Of a DNA stretch of 64,000 nucleotides, positions 24,033 through 36,345 are shown one piece after another. This DNA is from Nageia nagi (taxonomy: Eukaryota; Plantae; Pinophyta), in the NCBI GenBank assembly GCA_050084985.1, contig JBITNC010000001.1:146878001-146942000 (forward strand), in the 5' to 3' direction. How positions within the stretch are numbered: position 1 is the first letter of the stretch; every line of letters begins with the position of its first letter. The position numbers and the translations under genes were made by a program. The notes beneath the pieces were generated by a model, which did not search any database, was not told where the DNA came from, and saw nothing but the letters and a program-made list of their open reading frames with translations.

Positions 24033-26302
24033 AATGCCTTAACTCATGAGTGACTGTCTTGTCTGGTGCTTCTCTTCACCCTCCCATCTGCCTCTTTTAA
24101 ATTTTAAATACAAGCACAAGCTTTAAAAAAAAGCACAAACTTTAAAAAAGAAAAAAACAGTAAACTCTTATGGTTTGTTTCTAAAAGTTTGTGATTGTAA
24201 ATCACAATCACAAATTAAAAACAAAAATAGTAAACCCTAGTTATTTTTTTCAGTTTGTGATTGTAATTTACAATCACAAACTTAAAAAAAAAAAAAAACA
24301 GAAACCCTAGTTACCCTACAATCAATTTTAATTTTTTATCAAGCAATCACAAATTTATAAAACCCTATTGCATATTTTTATCAAATGAAAAGAAAAAACA
24401 AAACCCCCGTCACTATGTTAAAAGCAAGCAAAATTGAAAACAAACCAAGAAAGAGAATGTAAAAGATAGATATATAAGTTTATCTAAATTCCTTAGCTTG
24501 TGGGTGTGTTGGTGTCACTTGGTGGATGATAGATTCTTCTCAACTCAGAAAATTTGTTTTAAAGGAGAGAAATCATGTTTTTTAGCTGTAAAATGCCTTT
24601 TTCCTCTCTTTCACCTTTCTCCTAGCAGCTGTAAACTGTAAAATGACATATTGGAGGGGGTTCCTTAGTTTTTAAGTCACTTTTAAATTTTTACTGAATT
24701 TGGTGAGTTTGAGCATCGGGAAGCATCGATTTTGGTGATTCCAAGCTGTTCAGACTGGCCAAAGCCTACTTCAGAATGAGTCTGATTACACTAGTTTTGC
24801 CACACCTCCATGAGTATCTGCTTTTTTGGGGTGATTGATGATGGCAACATTTTCTCTGCTCTTGACATACCAATGCTAAAGAGAAGTTGTGTTACTAACT
24901 CATTTATGTGGAATGGTGGTAGCACGTCTTGGCCAATAGTTCTACTTATCTTTTTTATTAGCAAGCCCTTGAATCTCTAGTCTGTAGTGTATATGAAAGC
25001 TTCTTCTAGTCTTTTTGATCTACTTTGTTCACTTGTCAAGATTAGCAGCATTTCTTTCTTTCTTTCTTTCTTCATATATAGTTGGGGTCTCTGGGAGTTT
25101 GTCACCCTTTTTTTAGCAACAAATCATTCTTACACAGGCCATTTGTGCTAGCTTTGTATTTACCTGTACGATAATTGTACATAGATACATTTGTACCATA
25201 TACTGTTACAGACAATGCCATACTTTTGTTTTTTAATCTTTGGGTTCTTTGTCGATTATTTTGGAGCTCTCGCTCTTTTACTTCTGAAAACATTGCCACA
25301 GATGTACTTTTGAGTCCTATTAACCTTTCAAAACACGCATATGTATGAAACCTTTTTACTTTTCAAAACATTGTGATGGATGTACTTTTCAGTCCTATTG
25401 ATGTTTGAACACATATGGAAATATGCATCCAAACGCTCATGTAAGGCTTGTACGTATGCGCTTGCAACCCATCTTCAACTTTTTTTGAGAGATGTCTTCT
25501 ACAAATTTGTAAGCGACCCATGCTCAAAGAAGGAAATGCACATAGTAGATTATTTGGCAGGGACTAATATATTTCTACTTTGAATCAAATCACAATGGTG
25601 GAGAGTTGACCAATAATCTGTATCCTCTTCATTGACAATTACGTAAGTAGCTTCAAAAAAATTACCAAGCTCTTGGATAGTTCCCTCCACATATTTGAGT
25701 GAGCTGAAAGGTGAATACAAAATCTTAGGCTTCCCATTCGACTTCATGCCTAATGCAGTTTGATCCTTGGTTCTTTTCTTGTGCAGCCTTTGAGTAATAT
25801 GATTAAATTCATATTATATTAGTTTTGGATCTAAAAAGGTGACATGGGAAGGACTTATGCCAACATCTGGTTTTTAAGGTTTAGTAGTTGGGATTTATTT
25901 GACTTGTTTCCCCTTATCGTTTCTTTGAAGTACATAGCAAAATCCTTTTATAGATTTAAAAACCTTTGAGGATTGGCATAAATAGTCTGTTCCAGGCAAG
26001 AATCCTATGATGTATTCGTTCTAGACCAAATAGGTTGTTTACTTCTTTAGAAGTTCTGATTTCTATTGCAACTAGTCATCAAGTCTCATAATTTGCAATG
26101 CGAGAACCTCTTGTAGAAAACGTTTTTGAACACATGCTTTGCAAAAGAAATATAAATATAATTTTCTTTTGGCTGAATCAAAGTTTGATTTGGTATGCCT
26201 AAAACTCGGGAATGGTGTTTCCTCCATTGGTCTTCTTTCTATGCTTATGTGAAATGTGTTTTTTGCTTCACTGAGCTCCAGTTATTTTCATCCTCTGAAC
26301 AG

Positions 26303-26451
26303 GTGCCAACAATTTGGTTCCCATGGAGATAGCCTTGAAGATTGCTCATAAAATTAAAAGAGATGAAAGATTTGCTGTGTATGTAGTTATACCCATGTGG
26401 CCTGAAGGTGTTCCAACTAGTGCAGCTGTACAAGAAATACTGTATTGGCAG
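26303..26451 (+). CDS. PLDdelta: PLD delta-like exon ([14 protein letters not shown]...PMWPEG...VQEILYWQ)
   Basis: CAG/GTAAA boundaries, phase matches the preceding exon, conserved PMWPEG and QEILYWQ. Absent from the ORF track. Confidence 0.95.
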
Positions 26452-27170
26452 GTAAAATAACTGTATAATGGGATGATCGAGATTTTCCTTAATCTATTAT
26501 TCCTTTAAATTAGATTCACATTAAAAAGGGGAAACTGGAATATTTTAATATTGTTTAAAGTTCTGTTCTGGAAGATGTAATCATTGATTGAAAATTGAAT
26601 TGCGTTTTGGTTGAGTGACGTTTTTTACCTACTGCTTGAAAATAGGTTAATTAAAGTGTTCTTCTCTCTGCCAAGAAAATTCACCATGTGAATAGGAAAA
26701 TTGATATTTTAACACAATGTGAAAAAACTAATATTTCTTTTTGGTTATTTGCTGTAAAAGCATATATATTGTGTTGTTGAAATATGTTTAAGGTCATAGA
26801 GACCGTACAAATACTGTTTCCATTTGCAGCTCATGATAGAATAATTTATCTATGCTACATCACATTCTCTGTTCAATGTTTGATCAATGTCATTCAGAAG
26901 AAAAACGTTTGACTAATATCGGATTTTATGACATGATCTAGCTGCAAGGCTTCATAGTTACACCCTAGAATGGAATCGTCTTTAGCTTCTTCTAGAAGTC
27001 TTTGTGGCCTGCTTATATCCTTTTCGGTATTTACTAGAATTTTGCCTACATTTCAGGATTCCTACTCTTTGGAATCCTGAAATGGATCTGTATTTTTGGT
27101 GATGTAAGGAAATTAAATTTCTGTCATCTTTTGTTGTAATTTTTTGTTGTCAAACCCAAATGGTTTATAA

Positions 27171-27449
27171 GACTGCTACATAGGATACACGTTGCCCCCT
27201 CTAAAAGGACTGTATCCTTGTATCCTCGTTTCTGGATATAAGGATACTCCGTAGGATATATTTTCCACTTTCAGTTTCAGGCTAAATAAGTTAAAGTTTC
27301 TGTATTTTTTATAATATATATTATATATAATATTGTCGTTACCTCTTGCTGCCCCCCTGTTTCTTAAAAATTGGTCTTCATCCCCCACCATTTCCGAATA
27401 CGTGTTTTCCCATTTCCGCCATTCCTGTCCCTGATTCTCCAACTAATGT
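27171..27449. mobile_element. Probable MITE
   Basis: Flanked by direct repeat TGGTTTATAA (27161-27170, 27450-27459). GGATAC/GTATCC subterminal motifs. TIRs degenerate. Confidence 0.5.
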
Positions 27450-29949
27450 TGGTTTATAATGATCCATGTTTTCCATAGATGCATGTGTCATACCCAGCTA
27501 TTATATGTCTAGTGTGGTCTGTAGGATGTGAATTGTAACTTGTCACTTTATACACAATGAAAATAAAGAGTGTTTAGAAAACATCAAAACTAAGTACAAT
27601 ATCTGTACTACTGTAACTTCCATAACTAAATCAATATGTGTACATGCATGTTTATCATACATTAGCAACGACTTAACTATGCGATGATGTACTTGGCATC
27701 TGTCCTCTGTGCTATACGTGAGATAAATACTAAATAGTTCACAACCGATCAAGTATGATGATTTATGGTAACCATGCACAGCCAAAAGTAGTATGCCTCA
27801 TAAACATTACGTAATATCCATAACACAATACTTTATTAAGCTATGTACAATGACAACTCAACATAATACCTGTAATGTGAACAAACTCAACATATTCTGT
27901 AGACAATACACATATGTTGATGGTGTCCATGCACAATTCAAATGGCTGCCTAGAGGGTGACACACTCCTATGGTATTCAATTAGTATTAAGAGGTAATTT
28001 AAGGGGTAGTCTTCAGTAGGATTGCATGGAAAAGGCTTTACATTCAGCTATAAATAGTTGGTTAACATGGTTTTCTCTCATTGTACCATCATTCATTAGT
28101 ATTAATTATCAAACACCTATATATTCAAGGCATCTTTTGGATAAGACCATATTTCCTCTCTTTGAGCTGAGTGGTGGGAGTACAATCCAAATTCAGTTGT
28201 AGTGGTGCCCCCAAATCATATCCAATTTTATTGATGTCTTTTGCAAGGGTTATCAGAACCCTAGGCTTTTTAATTGGAACCTCAGTTATTCAATTGTACT
28301 TTATGTTGGTTGTTGAATATTACTTAATAATGTTTTTCTTTTTTATATATTAAATCTCTATGGGATGGCTTTTACCGTTGTTTTTTCCCCCTTTTATAAG
28401 AACGTGTTCTTGTAGGTATATTTTTACTGTCAAGCAATTCATATTTTGCATTCAGTCTTCTGCTTGTCTAGTACTGGTGCGATCTTTGATAGTTTCTAGC
28501 GGCAGACCATTTTACTTGTCTTTGAGCTACTCCTTAGTAGTACCCATTTTTTATGCCTTAGGGAAATTGAGAAGACCAAGAAAAAGGAGACAGGGAAGTT
28601 CTCCCAGTCATCGTGTTCTACATCATTATTTTGTGCTATACTAGTTCACAGCCGAAAATAATTCCTTTGTCTCAGATAGCAAAGGCATACAGAGTAAAGG
28701 GTGTAGTCTATCTTAGTGGAAATAAAAATGACAAATGGTCATGCTCCCTGCATTTTTCTATTGTGAATGGAACTTGTACCATTTTTGGAGCTGTTGTGAC
28801 TTTTAAGTTGTATGATGTAACTGATGGCACCACATTATTGCAAACAAATTTTGACTTTCCATGCAGTTGGTACCGATTGCAGTTCTTATGAATGAGTTGT
28901 TAGTGGGCTTTCCTCAAAATCAATTATTTTGCTCTCTTCATACAGCATCCTTAGGAACATGCTTTCCAACTTCACAAGCTTTTGTCTTTATTGCTAACAG
29001 TCACAGCAAATCATGTGGATGATCCAAAAAAACAACAAACTTTCATTCTAGCGGTGTTGCTTTTATGGTACAAGCCATAGGGGTACAACCACTATCATCA
29101 TCCATGCTTGGTAGAAGCCATGTTGGAACAAATGGCTTTAAAATTTAAAGTATTATCAAGTATTGAGGGCATATAAGTCAGCCCATAAAAGAATTAATGA
29201 ATACAAGTCTATTGGAAAATCACTGTTATATAAGCTTACAGACAAGCAAACAGGTCTTCTTGCTCAGAAGAATGCATATAGGCAAGAATACAGATGCATC
29301 TATTTGTCTTGATCTAGAAACCTATGAATAAATTGTTGAAATAAAAGCCTATGGGAAACATTCAAGGTGGTCTTTGAGTCCTTTCACTGTCAAATTGAGG
29401 AAAACTGGAGTGTCAATCTAGTTTTCCATTGCATCCTAATAGAATTGGTAAAGAATGCAAAAAACTGTGTATCTAAAGGTGTTTTGGTCATGGTGTCTCT
29501 CTGTAGTCTGTGCTAACTGGTAAGCTTCCATTTCACTTTTGTTTTAGACTTGAGTAACGCTTTGCAAGTTTCTACGTAGTTTGTGATGTGTGCTAGTACA
29601 AGGAAGGTGGTCTCTGTCTGGTGTGTCATGTTATTGTCAAATGGATTTGGGCATTGAGTATTTCCCCCTAGTTTTCTTGTGTTTATTTCTTTCCTTTTCA
29701 TTAGAAGCTTTGGTTGTTCCTATCTATCTGTCTATCTTTCTATCTGTTTATGCAATAAGGAGTGTGGGTAGCTTTCCACACTATTCTTAATCTCAATTCT
29801 GCATCAACATCTGAAAATATTCCAATGATGGGCATAAATGATGGTTTTGAGTTCACTTTTCCTCTGATGCTCAGACCAGATGCAGGTTTCATATATATAT
29901 ATATATATTTATTATGTACTGATTTTATTTCATAACCTTTCTCTTACAG

Positions 29950-30123
29950 AAACAGACAATGGAGATGATGTATGGTGTTATTGCCGATGCGATAAAAGAT
30001 GCAGGGTTGTCAGAGTCACGCCATCCACAAGATTATTTGAATTTTTATTGCCTTGGAAAGAGGGAACCTAAGGATGATTCTGAGCCACCCCCACCAAATC
30101 CACCTCCTGAAAGCAGCAGCCAG
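29950..30123 (+). CDS. PLDdelta: PLD delta-like exon (KQTMEMMY...HPQDYLNFYCLGKRE...SSSQ)
   Basis: CAG/GTACT boundaries and the DYLNFYCLGKRE motif. Confidence 0.95.
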
Positions 30124-32474
30124 GTACTGATTTACTATTTATAAAAGATTATATAGGATCACATTAGTCTATTTTATCCATTATGTGCTATTTCAGATTT
30201 GCCCATATTTTAATACATTGGTACTTAGACATGAGTATCAAAATTAATAGGAAATTAGTATCTCAATCGTTTCTCTAAACAAAGCACCAGTATACATGCT
30301 TGATGTATTTGTCCGCTCTCTTAACTGTTTCACAATTGTTGTGGTCAGACTAATTGCTTCAGTCTAGGTCACATGCATATGTTATTGTATACCAAGACCA
30401 GTATTGATGTTTTATGGTTTGGTTTCTTCATATGCTCAATCAAAGTAGTATACATGTGGGAAACAACTTCATTTGATTGGGATTTACAGAAAATTTGTTT
30501 TGTGTGAGATAGATTGCTATCTTTTGAGTCCCAATCACAAATTTTTCCTTCGTTTTGAAGGCAGCCTATTTTACCATAGTGCTATCAAGTGACTCCTCAG
30601 ATGAGGTTATATTGAATATAACAACCAGTTGGCCTAATGCTTTCTCATATTCTGAGTATTTGCTCAGTAGAAACATACAATTATACTGTTAGGTGTCCGT
30701 ACAAATTGCAAATTCTTAATGTCCTGACATGTTGGAATTAATTTAAATCATATTGCTGCAATCTGGTTCCAGCTTCTGTAATAGAGGAATCAAATAAATG
30801 ACTACATATAGGAAAAAAATTAAGTTGATTTTACTGCATTTGATAACAATTTTGTTTATGGTTTTATTTGTAGCAATTTCTAAAGTATATCCTTCCAATT
30901 TTGGGGTATAAAATTTACAATGTACTTATGAGAATTCAGAGTATGTACAAAAAACTTAATAAGTTTTATGGCAGTGTTTTTTGGTCTCTTTTCCTTTTTA
31001 ATAATAGTAAACCCTGTTTTGGATGTTGGAGAAGGGTACTTCATCTCTATCTGGCTACCTGAGACGGCATGGATAGTGTAGTACACGGAAATTGTGGAAA
31101 GTTTGTGGGAGTCGAACACTGGCCTCCACTATGGAAATTACCTTTCTTTTCACTATTACACCTACTGCAGGTGGGGTAATTTTATGGCATTGTTCACTGG
31201 GATTGACACCATCTAGTAACTTAAGTAATTATGATGATTTTCGAAGGTTTTGTATGTCATTTGGTTGAAAGGAAATAGACTTGGTTGAAATATTGGTAAT
31301 GTCTTGAATAAATTGAAAAAAATCTTTTAAGAATTCAAAATTGTGCCTTAAATACTGGAGATCTTTGTCAAGTTTACTTAATGATGTTTTCTTTGAGCTT
31401 TGCAACCAATGGAGCAAACAGAAACCTTAGCGTATGGGTCAAACCAAGATAATGTCTCTTGCAGTGATGGGGAATTTCTTAGATTTCGACATCCACCTTT
31501 TTAGTATGATGAGGATTCATGTTATAAGGTCATCTTCTTATCGTATTTGAGCACTTGGAAAATAGACATTAGCACGAGGTAGCTCTTTCTATATATATAT
31601 ATATCATGCCATGTCTAAGAGAACACATCTTTTAAGTCGTAGGCAGGCACTCTTATGAGAGAGTGGGGATTCAAGTCACAATCCATCCCAACTTTGTTGC
31701 GATGATCATTACATTCCAATTTATTTTTTGTAGGTAAGAACTCCCAAACTATATGTTGATATAGCTGTTTGGCTTGTATATATGATCAACAATAATCTGC
31801 ATATTGACAGCAATATTGTATAGAGATGATCATGAAATTGTTTGAGGCATTCAAGACAATGTTTATCTCTTAATGCAACGTATTATAAACCTATGCAATG
31901 ACATATCTGCCTTGAGCTTGTAAGAAACCCAACTTTTGTACAATTTTTTTGCGAGGTCAGATATTTGTTTAGAACAGTGCCCTGTCTGAACAACCATAAA
32001 CTTATACACTTTTCTTTGATTATTTATTTAGTCAACTATATATGGACATCCCCAAACCAGATGAATGCTAAGATGTGGTGAAGAATGTCTTGTATACTAT
32101 ATTTTATCTAGTAAAACTGAAAGTTTGCATGAACTGTTTTGCAATATCTGCTTAGTGTATGTTTGCTGTATATTTTATAAATATGCCATGCTTTTGACAC
32201 ATGCTAAACTATAGTATAGAACTTATAAACCCAAATAGACTTGTGTGACATTTCTTGTTTAGTGTATATAAGTAGCTTAGGATAATTCGATTCTTCAAAT
32301 TTAGGTATACTGATGTGCTTTTCAATATTAGAAAATGGGTACCTCATCACCTAAGTTGAACCATAGTTACCATGTCTTTCCGAACTTGGTCTGTATTTGA
32401 TCTGGACTGAATTTCTACGGGTGACCAGACCCCTTAAGTTCTACCATGAATAATAGCTTATAGCAGGGACTGCA

Positions 32475-35252
32475 TGTTAGAAATATTCAAATAATACATT
32501 AGTAAAATATTAGATACATTAGGCATCTAAGAAATAATAAACTAACACTACTAATGTTAGTTTGTTAAATATTATGGTCTCTCCTATAACTTTTTCTATA
32601 TGGGAGTGTAACTCCCACTCAAATGTATTGTAATTGTTTGGGAGGAAACCTTAATACTAATATATGATATTAGTATTTTTAATAATGTTAATGTTTAATT
32701 AACATTATTAATATCTATTTACATTATTTATAAATACTTAACGTATCTATTGTACCAACTAATGTATTATTTCTAACACCTCCCATAATACATTAGATCT
32801 TCAAGGAACTTGAAAGGAAGCTATGATAGTGGTCAAACTTTCCACTGTTGGGAGATTTGGTGTAGACATCTGCAATTTGCTCGTTCGTGGAAATGTAGCA
32901 AAGCTGAATGTTGTGCAATGAAACATGGTTCCAAATGAAGTGCACCTGTATGTCAATGTGTTTGGTGCGCTCGTGGAAAACATGATTACAAACCATCTTT
33001 AGTACACTTTGATTGTCACAATGCAGAATTGTAGGTTGTTTCTATGGAATTCCAATGTTTGTCAAAATGCGACGTAACTATATTGCTTCACAAACAACAT
33101 TAGTTGCAGCACAATATTTCGATGCTCTGCTTCTTGCTATCCCATGAAATCGACTCAGATCCAAGAAATAACTCATATCCTTTCAGCAATCTTCTATCAT
33201 CGAAGGATCTTCCATAATCTGCATTCGTGTATCTAGTCAAGATGAACTTATCATTCTTCTTGTATTCTAGACCTTAATTGTTAGTGCCACATATGTATCT
33301 AAGAACATGCTTTTATGCGGTCTAGTGGGCTTTCATTGGTTCATGCATAAATCGCCAAAGATAGCTAACAACGAAGAAAATATTCAGCTTGGTGTATGCA
33401 AGGTAAATTAACCTTCCAATCAATTGACGATAGAGAGTTGCATTTACCGGTGGGAACTATCATGACGTGACAAATGTAAACCAAGTTCAATTGATGTTGA
33501 CATTAGTTGACACTATGTCATCTTAAATTTCTCCAACAAACTCTTGGATTACTTCATTTGTGAAACAAAATTTCAGTTCTGCATGTGCTAAACCTCCAAT
33601 TCAAGGCTATAGTGAAGTAGACCAAGGTCAGTCATGTCGAATGATCTTTTATGGTCATCTTTGCAAGATCTGATCAACTCCTTTGTACAACCTGTGATAA
33701 TCATATCATCAACATATACTACAACAATGACAATCACCCCACCCCCCCCCGTCCCCTCGCCATGTTGTCGAAGGTAGAGGTTAGAATCATATGGACTCCT
33801 ATTAAGCCATGTTGTAGTATGTGTTTATCAATTTTGATGTACCAAGCTCTTGAAGCTTGTTTCAAACCATACATAGACTTGATCAATATACACACTTTTT
33901 CTTTTCTTGAATCAACAACAAACCCTTCAGGTTGTTGCTTGTAGATCTCTTCCTCTAAGTCTCTGTTCAGAAAGATGCTCTTCACATCCATTTGATGTAC
34001 TTTCCAACCATATTATGCAACCATCACAAAAGCAATTTTAATGGTCATCATCTTGGTTGTGGGAGAAAATGTCTCCTCATAGTTTATACCTTCCTCTTGG
34101 GCATATCCTTTGGCAACTAATCTTGCCTTGTGCTTGTCAAGTGTCCCTACAATTTTGTACTTTGTTTTGAACACCCATTTGCATCCAAGTGGCCTTCTTT
34201 CCAGGTGGAAGATCTACTAGCTTCCACTTACCATTCTTCATCAAAGAATCATATTCAGCTTCTATGGCTGATTTCTAACGTGGCAACTCAAGTGCTTCAC
34301 AAACTTTCAAGTTTTGGAGTATTCTTCATTGTTCTCATTAACACCAAATTCACTTCTTCACGAACTTATGCTTCGTGTTCTCGGTTGAAGTAGAGTGTTT
34401 GGTGGAGCACTTAAATGAGAGTCGTGCGGTGTGTCTTCTTGTACCATGTCAATCGACTAGACATATTAGGTGGCTAAGGTAGTAAGCTCACAACTGGGAC
34501 TATTCCATTCCCATTTCATCATCATCAAGTGTGATGATAGGTGTCGTTGCAGGTAGACTAGTTGGTGGATTACTAGTCTCATAAGAAGTTACATCTCTGC
34601 TGATATATATCTTTTGAGTAGTAAGATCCATGAGTATGTAGCCTTTGGATTCGTTACTATACCCAAGAAGAATGCACTTTAAGGATTTTTTATTAATTTC
34701 CTTCCTTAGCTCTTTCGGAATATGCATGTAGTCAGTGCAACCAAAAACTTGAAGATGTGAGATAGATGGTTTCACTGTTTTCTATGCTTCATCAGGTGTC
34801 ATCGGATCAAGAGCTCTTAAAGATGCTTTGGTCAACATATTAATTGCAAAGTTTTCTACTTTGGCCCAAAATGATCCATCAAGTTTTGCATCTTTCAACA
34901 TGCTTTTCACCATTTCCACTATGGTACAATTTTTTCTTTCAACAACTCCATTTTGTTGAGGTATGTATCTCGTGGTCAACTATTGCGAAATGCCATTTTC
35001 TTTCAATAATGTAGAAAATTCTTTTGATGTGTACTTTGCTGCTCGATCTTAATGGAATACATGGATTTGACGACTAGTTTCATTCTCCACAAGTGCTTTG
35101 AACTCCATGAAATACAAATGCACTTCATTCATGACCATGTTTCATTGCACAACATTCAGCTCCGCTACATTTCCACAAAAAAAACAAATTGCAAATGCCT
35201 ACTTCATATTGTCTGTTTGAAGGAAAACCATACCTTTTTTGAGCAATCAACA
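32475..35252 (-). mobile_element. 5'-truncated Copia element related to Copia-1 (Copia-2)
   Basis: Integrase (PQQNGVVERKN, 34782-34979), RT (MDVKSIFLN, YGLKQASRAWY), RNase H (HERTKHIDI), PPT at 32779-32789 and LTR starting at 32778, all on the minus strand. Confidence 0.92.
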
Positions 35253-36159
35253 TTTTAATAATACTCTTAATCTATCTTTCTTTGGATTGAAGAGAAATTG
35301 GAATTGAGCAAAACCAAACAATTTTTTGCTTTAAACATCATTACCAAAATATAACTGTCCATGTAGACCCAAATGTTGCAATACATGTTCAAAGTATAGA
35401 TTGTTAACAAAATTTCTTCAAATTAGTTTTAGATCAAAATGAATTATCTTGCACATTTGTATGGCCATGTTCTCTTTTCATTGTTCCATGTTGTACAACC
35501 ATGGTGACCTTGCATTTGTTGTTTTCAATACACATTTCGAGCTACTATTTGCACTTTGCTTGGCTCCTTGTTACATGCATCATTTCTAGGGAAACCTTTA
35601 TCTCTTCCAAAGTTCCTGGCCTTGTTGCCCGATTAGGAATGCTTTTGTTGTGATGGCTTCCAGGTCTAGGCCATTTAGCCAAAAAGTATGCCTCTTGTGC
35701 CTGATTGGAATAACCATGTGCAAAGGGTTAGGGAGCTAACCCTAGCTAGTGAATCACTGTCCCGATGTTACGAATTTAGATTTATAACTAATTCTGCATG
35801 GAACTTTGATTCTTATTGTCTTTAGTGATTTCTATTTTATCGAGATTTCTATCTACTTTTTATTGCCTTGTTTTTCATAAGTGCCTCCTAAACCACACAC
35901 GCTGGTTTGTCTACATCCCTTTATATTCAGGACCTTCATGTGGAATGGATATTCATGGAGTTTATGACTCCTTGTATATATTATGATGATTAAATATTTA
36001 GAAGTTGTAATGGGGAATTCCTGTGTGAAATGACCTTCATGTTATATTTATATACTGTAGACCTTTATGGTCTTTTACTTTATCCCTCTGAGTTCTTTGG
36101 ACATAGAAAGCCTGATTTTCTTCAATGCAATTAGTGAACATAATTGTTCTTTACCATCA

Positions 36160-36345
36160 TTAGAATTTTGAAGAACCTCTTTTGTACAAGGGTTTATTGT
36201 CAATTGCTATAATTAATATTCTGGCCAGTTCTTCTTTATATTTGTTTAGCGAGACAAGTGTCAGTTTTATGTAACATGGTAACATTCCTTTAATAAACCA
36301 TCTTTTCTTCATTCTGTCCACTGGAGGCATCTTTAATTTTACCAT
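36160..36345 (-). pseudogene. Possible retrotransposon gag remnant
   Basis: KKRWFIKGMLP resembles the gag major-homology region. Very short and degenerate. Confidence 0.3.
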
